Assembly: GCA_038046385.1 (NCBI GenBank)
Contig: JBBSWH010000019.1
Coordinates: forward strand, 1-27,190
DNA from: Nanobdellota archaeon
GTDB taxonomy: Archaea; Nanobdellota; Nanobdellia; Woesearchaeales; GW2011-AR4
Direction of reading: 5' to 3'
DNA: 27,190 nucleotides
The translations under genes were made by a program, and so were the position numbers. The notes under the pieces were generated by a model. That model ran no database searches. It saw only the letters and a program-made list of their open reading frames with translations, and had not been told where the DNA came from. Positions 26,404-27,190 of the stretch are shown piece after piece. Position 1 is the first letter of the stretch; every line of letters begins with the position of its first letter.

Positions 26404-27190
26404 TTATACAGTTGCAGTCAGAATTCTTCCTGCTATTATGTTGAAAAGCAGCATCACAGCAGCTGAAATAAATGCATAAAGCAGAGTGCTTCTTATCAGA
26501 TTGTTTCCCAATTGGTAGCGCTCATTCAATTTATCAGAGCCGTTCTCAACGCCGTTTGCAATCACAGTCAAAATATAGGTTATCTGCACAACATAAATGC
26601 CTACAACTATCTGGAAATAATAAGTCGGGATGCCGTTTCCGAACATATCCATAAATCCTGTCGGAGTTCCGCCTTCTGCTCCGGCTGATGCTGTTGCCTG
26701 CTGCAGCTGGTTGCTTAACCTTCCAAGAATTGCGGTAATCATCGATGTTATTCCAATAACAACTCCGGCAATTGCAGGTGTCAGGAATTTTACCTGGGAA
26801 TTCATTGAAGAGATTATATCAGCCATTAAATCCTTTAATCTTTCATTGACTTTGTGGATTTCTTTTATGTAACGGGAAACATTTGTAAGTGCCTGTGCAG
26901 CAATCAACGGGCTTTTTTTCACAGCCTGCGTAAGAACTTTCATTGAAGATTCTATAAGGTTGCTTGGAAAATAAACAAGCGCGCCGTGCACCGGGTCAAA
27001 TATTGCCTTTTCAATGCTCATTCCCATTCTTTTTATGTTTTGGCTGACAAGCGCAAAGAAACTTCCGGAAACTGTGCCTTCCATCACATCAGCAACTTTC
27101 CCTACTGCAATTTCTACTTGGAGGTTGTCTCCAAGCCGGTTCCCCAATTGAAAAAGAGCGCTTGCAAATTCCAGCTCAAGCTGCTTTGCC
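26404..27190 (-). CDS. Type II secretion F-family / archaeal pilus assembly membrane platform protein (3' part; runs off the right edge)
   Basis: The frame is open to the window edge (AKQLELEFASALFQLGNRLGDN...). Helical domain followed by three C-terminal TMs, as in TadC/PilC/ArlJ-like proteins. Confidence 0.65.
   Translation of the reverse strand, partial: AKQLELEFASALFQLGNRLGDNLQVEIAVGKVADVMEGTVSGSFFALVSQNIKRMGMSIEKAIFDPVHGALVYFPSNLIESSMKVLTQAVKKSPLIAAQALTNVSRYIKEIHKVNERLKDLMADIISSMNSQVKFLTPAIAGVVIGITSMITAILGRLSNQLQQATASAGAEGGTPTGFMDMFGNGIPTYYFQIVVGIYVVQITYILTVIANGVENGSDKLNERYQLGNNLIRSTLLYAFISAAVMLLFNIIAGRILTATV

Overview
This is an archaeal chromosomal segment, probably from a DPANN/Woesearchaeota-like lineage. 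That assignment is inferred from TATA/BRE promoters, archease, translin, TrmI, a single-OB SSB and a BHB-intron tRNA. It holds about 27 CDSs: a partial bacterial-type aspS, translin, a block of uncharacterised membrane and coiled-coil proteins with a GT4, trmI, an AbrB-VapC toxin-antitoxin pair, glmS, an SSADH + ThDP decarboxylase pair, parA, an rtcB-ZIP-archease operon, ssb and a partial T2SS-F gene. Main finding: rtcB, encoding the tRNA-splicing ligase, is interrupted by a 31-nt insertion (25345-25375, minus strand) that folds as a bulge-helix-bulge (BHB)-like intron. Cutting at the canonical BHB positions restores the conserved PDGHWGYGFPIGGV motif and a 489-aa ORF. The ligase mRNA therefore appears to be a substrate of the splicing pathway it completes, a candidate autoregulatory circuit. 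About 0.85 kb away is a tRNA-Phe(GAA) with three BHB-type introns (20/21, 37/38, 44/45), which implies a relaxed-specificity splicing endonuclease. Other notable items are a candidate two-state RBS-sequestering RNA switch (9527-9601), a poly-A frameshift in a protease gene, and a Pro/Tyr repeat protein. All structures were folded by eye and no database searches were run.
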